The notes below the pieces were generated by a model. The model ran no database searches. It was not told the DNA's origin and saw only the letters and a program-made list of their open reading frames with translations. Positions 59,332 through 64,000 of a stretch of DNA of 64,000 bases are shown in pieces. The position numbers were made by a program, and so were the translations under genes. This DNA is from an uncultured Bacteroidia bacterium (lineage in GTDB: Bacteria; Bacteroidota; Bacteroidia; Bacteroidales; UBA932). The stretch covers positions 3,278 through 67,277 of the forward strand of contig CACWOH010000009.1 of the NCBI GenBank assembly GCA_902762435.1, given 5' to 3'. Within the stretch, counting starts at the first letter, position 1; each line of letters begins with the position of its first letter.

Positions 59332-60636
59332 ATGGGAAAGGTATACATAGAGACATACGGCTGCCAGATGAACGTGGCGGATACGGAGGTCGTCTTCGCC
59401 ATCCTCGGCAAGGAAGGCTACTCCCGCACGGACGACCCGGCGCAGGCCGACGTGATCCTCGTGAACACCTGCTCCGTGCGCGACAACGCCGAGCAGCGCA
59501 TCCGGGGCCGCCTCGAGCAGTTCAACGTGTGGCGCAAGGCGCGCCCGGGCGTGCTCGTCGGGGTGCTGGGCTGCATGGCCGAACGGCTCAGGGAGTCGCT
59601 CCTGGAGTCCGGCAAGGTGGACGTCGTCGCCGGACCGGACGCCTACCGGAGCCTGCCGCGCCTGCTCGCGGCCGCCGCGCCCGGGCATCCGCAGATCGAC
59701 GTGCTGCTCTCCCGCGAGGAGACCTACGGCGACATCGCCCCGCTCCGCCTGGACGGCAACGGCGTCTCCGCCTTCATCTCCATCATGCGCGGCTGCAACA
59801 ACGTCTGCTCGTACTGCGTGGTCCCGTACACCCGCGGGGCGGAACGCAGCCGGTCCTGGCGCACCATCATCCGGGAGGCCTGCGAATGCGCGCAGCAGGG
59901 GTACAAGGAGGTGACCCTGCTCGGGCAGAACGTGGACTCCTACCGCGACGGCGAGGTGGACTTCGCCCGGCTGCTCGCGCTGGTCGCCGACGCCGTCCCG
60001 GGGATGCGCGTCCGCTTCTCCACCTCCAACCCGCAGGACATTTCGGACGCCGTACTGGAGACGATGTCCGCCCGCGGCAACATCTGCCGCCACATCCACC
60101 TGCCCGTCCAATCCGGTTCCGACCGCATGCTGGAGAAGATGCGCCGCCGCTACACCCGCGCCGGCTACCTGGAGCGCGTGGCGAAGATCCGCAGCCTGAT
60201 GCCCGACTGCGCCATCTCCACCGACGTCATCGCGGGCTTCTGCTCGGAGACCGAAGAGGACCACCGGGACACCCTGTCCCTGTTCGAAGAGGTGGGATTC
60301 GACGCCGCCTTCATGTTCCAGTATTCCGAACGCCCGGGCACCCTCGCCGCCCGGAAATATCCCGACGACGTACCCCCCGAGGTCAAGAACCGCCGGCTGG
60401 AGGAGATCATCGCCCTGCAGAACCGGCTCTCGCTGGAAAGCAACCGGCGCGACATCGGCAAGACCTTCCGCGTGCTGGTGGAAGGCCCCTCCAAGCGCGA
60501 TCCGGAGCGCCTGTGCGGCCGAAACAGCCAGAACAAGATGTGCGTCTGGGCCGACACCGCGCACAAGGCCGGTGACTTCGTGGACGTGGAAGTCTTGGAC
60601 TGCACCCAGGCGACCTTGCTCTGCAAGCTCGCCTAG
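59332..60636 (+). CDS. miaB: tRNA-2-methylthio-N6-dimethylallyladenosine synthase
   Basis: ETYGCQMN, NTCSVRDNAE, GCNNVCSYC radical-SAM motif, HLPVQSGS, C-terminal TRAM domain. Confidence 0.96.
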   Translation: MGKVYIETYGCQMNVADTEVVFAILGKEGYSRTDDPAQADVILVNTCSVRDNAEQRIRGRLEQFNVWRKARPGVLVGVLGCMAERLRESLLESGKVDVVAGPDAYRSLPRLLAAAAPGHPQIDVLLSREETYGDIAPLRLDGNGVSAFISIMRGCNNVCSYCVVPYTRGAERSRSWRTIIREACECAQQGYKEVTLLGQNVDSYRDGEVDFARLLALVADAVPGMRVRFSTSNPQDISDAVLETMSARGNICRHIHLPVQSGSDRMLEKMRRRYTRAGYLERVAKIRSLMPDCAISTDVIAGFCSETEEDHRDTLSLFEEVGFDAAFMFQYSERPGTLAARKYPDDVPPEVKNRRLEEIIALQNRLSLESNRRDIGKTFRVLVEGPSKRDPERLCGRNSQNKMCVWADTAHKAGDFVDVEVLDCTQATLLCKLA

Positions 60637-61319
60637 CCGCGGTACATCCGGTCGTCGGAGAAGGAGAAGAAACAGTCGTCGCTCACCACCACGTGATCCA
60701 GCAGTTCCAGGCCGACCGAACGGACGGCCTTCCGGACGGCGTCCGTCTGGGAGATGTCCGCCCGGCTCGGCGTCGGATTGCCGCTGGGATGGTTGTGCAC
60801 CAGGATGACGGAAGAGGCGTAGCGGTCCAGGGCCATCCGCACGATCTGCCGCACGTCGATGACGGTGTTCCGGCCACCGCCGGAAGTGGCGAGAACCTTG
60901 TCTATCAGGTAGTTGTGGTCGTTCAGCAACAGCACCCAGCACTCCTCGTGCTGCAGCCCCTTGAGCCGGGGTACCATCAGCTCCCAGACGCCCCGCGCCG
61001 TGACCAGCGGCGTTTTGACCACGGCGGTCTCCTCCTGCAGGAAGCGCCGTCCCAGTTCGAAGGCGGCGAGCACGCTGGCCGCCTTCCCGGGGCCGATGCC
61101 CGGCAGGGAGAACATCTTTTCGCGCGGCAGGTTGAACAGGGTGCCGAGCCGTCCGCCGGCAAGGCCGAGCAGCTGCCGGGCCAGGTCGAGGGCGCTCCCC
61201 GCCCGGGTGCCGCTGCGCAGCAGCACCGCCAGCAGTTCGCCGTCGCTGAGGGCCTGCGGACCGCGGGCGAGCATTTTTTCGCGCGGCCGTTCGTCCGCGC
61301 TCAGTTCCTTGATTTTCAT
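60633..61319 (-). CDS. radC: RadC/JAB domain protein
   Basis: ERPREKML, LSDGELLA, GIGPGKA, HNHPSGNPTPS.AD, LLDHVVV. Confidence 0.93.
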   Translation of the reverse strand: MKIKELSADERPREKMLARGPQALSDGELLAVLLRSGTRAGSALDLARQLLGLAGGRLGTLFNLPREKMFSLPGIGPGKAASVLAAFELGRRFLQEETAVVKTPLVTARGVWELMVPRLKGLQHEECWVLLLNDHNYLIDKVLATSGGGRNTVIDVRQIVRMALDRYASSVILVHNHPSGNPTPSRADISQTDAVRKAVRSVGLELLDHVVVSDDCFFSFSDDRMYRG

Positions 61320-61410
61320 AGCGGGGCAAGGATAGGCAAAAGAATCGTCAAAAACGAAAAGAAAAACGCACACCCCCGAAAAAGCGCGCTTTTTTATCTA
61401 TTTTTGCAGT

Positions 61411-61842
61411 ATGAATCCTTCCGCAGACCCCTTCCAACTGATGCAGGAGCACGGCATCCGGCCCACCGCCGGCCGCGTCCTGGTGCTGCGCACCCTCCTC
61501 GCCGAGGGGCGTCCGCTCTCGATGACCGAAATTGAAACCGTCCTGGAATCGGTGGACAAGTCCACGGTCTCCCGTGCGCTCGCCGCCTTCCGCGAACGCC
61601 GCCTGCTGCATTGCATCGAGGACGGAAGCGGGCAGCAGCGCTACGAGGTCTGCCACTGCCCCGAGGAAGCGGACGACGACGACCGCCACGTGCACTTTCA
61701 CTGCGAGGCCTGCGGGCGGACCTTCTGCTTCGAGGATCTCCCCGTCCCGGCCGTGACCTACCCCGCGGGTTTCCGCGTACAGGAAATCAATTACATGGCG
61801 CACGGACTCTGCCCGGACTGCGCCGCGTCGGACGCCCGCTGA
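61411..61842 (+). CDS. Fur family repressor (Zn-type, two CxxC)
   Basis: GIRPTAGR, DKSTVSRAL, HVHFHCEACG, GLCPDC. Confidence 0.88.
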   Translation: MNPSADPFQLMQEHGIRPTAGRVLVLRTLLAEGRPLSMTEIETVLESVDKSTVSRALAAFRERRLLHCIEDGSGQQRYEVCHCPEEADDDDRHVHFHCEACGRTFCFEDLPVPAVTYPAGFRVQEINYMAHGLCPDCAASDAR

Positions 61843-61849
61843 CGGCGGG

Positions 61850-62449
61850 TCACTCTTCTTCTCCCGACTGGATCTTGTCGATCAGCGCCTTCGCCCGCCG
61901 GATGCGGGTGCGGACGGTGTTGAGTTCGATGCCCGTCTCTTCGGCGATCTCCTTGTACTGCAGGCCGTCCAGCAGCCGCATCCGCGCGATGGCGCGATAC
62001 AGTTCCGGCAAGCCCTCGATGCATTTCTCCAGCGTCTGCTCGTCCTCTTCCTTGACGATCTGCTCGAGCGGCGTGTCGGCCTCGTCGCCGATGTGGTCGA
62101 GCATCTGGCCCGTCACGTCGCTCTCCTTGTCCAGCGAGACCAGGCGGCTCTTCGCCCGCGTCTCGGCGTCGATGGTGTCCAGGGCCGTGTTGTGGGCGAT
62201 GCGGTGGAGCCAGGTGGAGAACTGGCTCCGGGACGGGTCGAAGGAACCGATCTGCCGGAAGGCCTTTTCGAAACTCCGCGAGCAGATGTCGTCGATGTAG
62301 AAGTCGTCCAGGTTCTTCATCTTGCTCTTGAGATAGCTGCGCAGGGAGCCGATGTGGGTGTCCCACAGCTCCGTGAAAGCGGTGCCGTCGCCGATGATCG
62401 CGCGGCGCACCAGTTCGTCAATGGGCTTCGAGCCAGGTGTTTCCATCAT
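61850..62449 (-). CDS. ECF sigma-70 family factor
   Basis: FSTWLHRIAHN..LD region 2; LPELYR..GLQYKEIA..TVRTRIRRAK region 4. Confidence 0.88.
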   Translation of the reverse strand: MMETPGSKPIDELVRRAIIGDGTAFTELWDTHIGSLRSYLKSKMKNLDDFYIDDICSRSFEKAFRQIGSFDPSRSQFSTWLHRIAHNTALDTIDAETRAKSRLVSLDKESDVTGQMLDHIGDEADTPLEQIVKEEDEQTLEKCIEGLPELYRAIARMRLLDGLQYKEIAEETGIELNTVRTRIRRAKALIDKIQSGEEE

Positions 62450-63998
62450 TGCATTCAACGGTAAGGGGTACGGAAAGGGCGATGACGTTCTCCATCTCGC
62501 GGACCAGCAGGCCGCGCACCGGCGCGATCTCTTCCCGAGGCACCTCGAGCAGGAGTTCGTCGTGGATCTGGAGGACCATCCGGGCCCGGAATCCGCCTTC
62601 CCGGAGGCGGCGGTCCACGGCGGTCATCGCCAGCTTGATGATATCGGCCGCGGTGCCCTGGATGGGGGCGTTCACGGCGTTGCGTTCGGCCAGGGCGCGT
62701 ACGGTGGCGTTGCCGGAGCTGATGTCCGGGGTGTAGCGGCGCCGCCCGAAGAGCGTTTCCACATAACCCCGCTCACGCGCCTGTGCAACGGTGGCGTCGA
62801 TGAAGCCGCGGATGGCGGGGAAGGATGCGAAGTAATCGTCGATGATCTGCTTCGCTTCCGTCCTCGAGCAGCGCAGTCGTTCGCTCAGGCCGAAGGAGGA
62901 GATGCCGTACATGATGCCGAAGTTCGCGGTCTTGGCGATGCGGCGCTGGTCGGCGCTCACCTCCCCGATCGGGATGCGGAAGATCTTTGCGGCCGTGGCG
63001 GCATGCACGTCCAGCCCGTGCCGGAAGGCGTCCACCAGATGGGCGTCGCCGCTGAGGTGGGCCATCAACCGAAGTTCGATCTGCGAGTAGTCCGCGGACA
63101 TCATCACCCAGCCCTCCTCGCCCGGGACGAAGGCCTTACGGATCTCGCGCCCTTCCTCCGTGCGGATGGGGATGTTCTGCAGGTTGGGGTTGGAGGAGGA
63201 CAGGCGGCCGGTGGCGGTCAGGGCCTGGTTGAAGGTCGTGTGGACGCGGCCGTCCGCGGGAGAGATGTAGCCCGCGAAGGGCTCTATGTAGGTGGACAGC
63301 AGCTTGCGCAGGCCGCGGTAGTCCAGGATGGCGTCGATGATAGGGCTGCGGTCGGCCAGGTGCACGAGGGTCTGCTCATCCGTGGGCCAGTTGCCGGACT
63401 TGGGTTTCTTCGCCTTGGGATCCAGCTTCAGTTTCTCGAAGATGACGGTCCCGATCTGCTTGGGCGACAGGATGTTGAGTGCCGGATCTCCGGCCAGGCG
63501 GCGAACTTCTTCCTCGCGGACGGCCATCTTGCGGCGCAGGCCGTCGGCGAAGTCGCGCAGCGAATCCAGGTCCACCTTCACCCCGACGGCTTCCATCGCC
63601 GCGAGGACACGGATGAGGGGCTCCTCGATCTCGTCGTACAGGCGCGTGATGCCTTCCGTGGCGGCCATTTCGCGCTGCAGGCATCCGGACAGGCGCAGGA
63701 TGGCAGCCGTCTCCAGCAGGAAGTCGCGGCCCGCATCTTCGGGGACTTCATCGAACAGGGAGGCGTCCTGCTGCGGGGCCGCGGCCGCGAGGTCGAGGCC
63801 GAGGTAGCTGCGGGCGAGCACGTCCAGCTTGTGGCTGCGCTCGGGGCCGAGCAGATAGTGCATCAGTTCGATGTCCTCGAGCCGGCCCGCCAGGGTGATG
63901 CCGCGCCGGCCGAGCGCCTTGATCTGCGCCTTCAGGTCCGCGCCGGCCTTGGCGACCTGCGGGTTCTCCAGCAGCGCGCGGAACGCCTCCGGTGCCCC
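62418..63998 (-). CDS. polA: DNA polymerase I, C-terminal part (5' end beyond the window)
   Basis: TGRLSSSNPNLQNIP, ADYSQIELR, AKTANFGIMYG, NAPIQGTAAD, QIHDEL; frame open to the window edge. Confidence 0.97.
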   Translation of the reverse strand, partial: GAPEAFRALLENPQVAKAGADLKAQIKALGRRGITLAGRLEDIELMHYLLGPERSHKLDVLARSYLGLDLAAAAPQQDASLFDEVPEDAGRDFLLETAAILRLSGCLQREMAATEGITRLYDEIEEPLIRVLAAMEAVGVKVDLDSLRDFADGLRRKMAVREEEVRRLAGDPALNILSPKQIGTVIFEKLKLDPKAKKPKSGNWPTDEQTLVHLADRSPIIDAILDYRGLRKLLSTYIEPFAGYISPADGRVHTTFNQALTATGRLSSSNPNLQNIPIRTEEGREIRKAFVPGEEGWVMMSADYSQIELRLMAHLSGDAHLVDAFRHGLDVHAATAAKIFRIPIGEVSADQRRIAKTANFGIMYGISSFGLSERLRCSRTEAKQIIDDYFASFPAIRGFIDATVAQARERGYVETLFGRRRYTPDISSGNATVRALAERNAVNAPIQGTAADIIKLAMTAVDRRLREGGFRARMVLQIHDELLLEVPREEIAPVRGLLVREMENVIALSVPLTVECNDGNTWLEAH

Positions 63999-64000
63999 TT

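Noticed and set aside
60633-61319. radC as a marker of a mobile element
   Set aside because: Full-length chromosomal type with HhH region and host-like GC; no neighbouring MGE genes

Overview
High-GC (hand counts of sampled coding lines mostly above 60%) chromosomal segment of a Bacteroidales bacterium. The assignment is inferred from TAnnTTTG promoter boxes, Bacteroidota-type rpoZ/bamD/DUF4837/DUF4922 genes and the absence of Shine-Dalgarno motifs. The window is almost entirely housekeeping: about 58 CDSs (prfB, class I fumarase, serB, def, ruvX, dxr, rseP, rpsT, mltG, gdhA, korAB, bamA/bamD, uppS, nadK, pdxJ, recN, rpoZ, trxB, rpoN, miaB, radC, partial polA) and 4 tRNAs (Asn-GTT, Leu-TAG, Glu-TTC, Pro-CGG). 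I found no integrase, transposase, reverse transcriptase, CRISPR array or prophage gene. Best leads: (1) a translationally coupled, putative peptidoglycan-salvage operon built around a DUF4922(HIT-like)-SpoIID fusion with AmpG, NamZ, a NUDIX enzyme and murI; (2) three unexplained intergenic palindromic elements at 16.1-16.4, 30.1-30.2 and 52.4-52.65 kb; (3) a low-GC DUF2130 nuclease-like cassette behind a UvrD helicase; (4) prfB without the programmed frameshift; (5) many near-leaderless promoters; (6) a candidate sigma-54 promoter. All product calls come from motif recognition by eye; no database searches were run.
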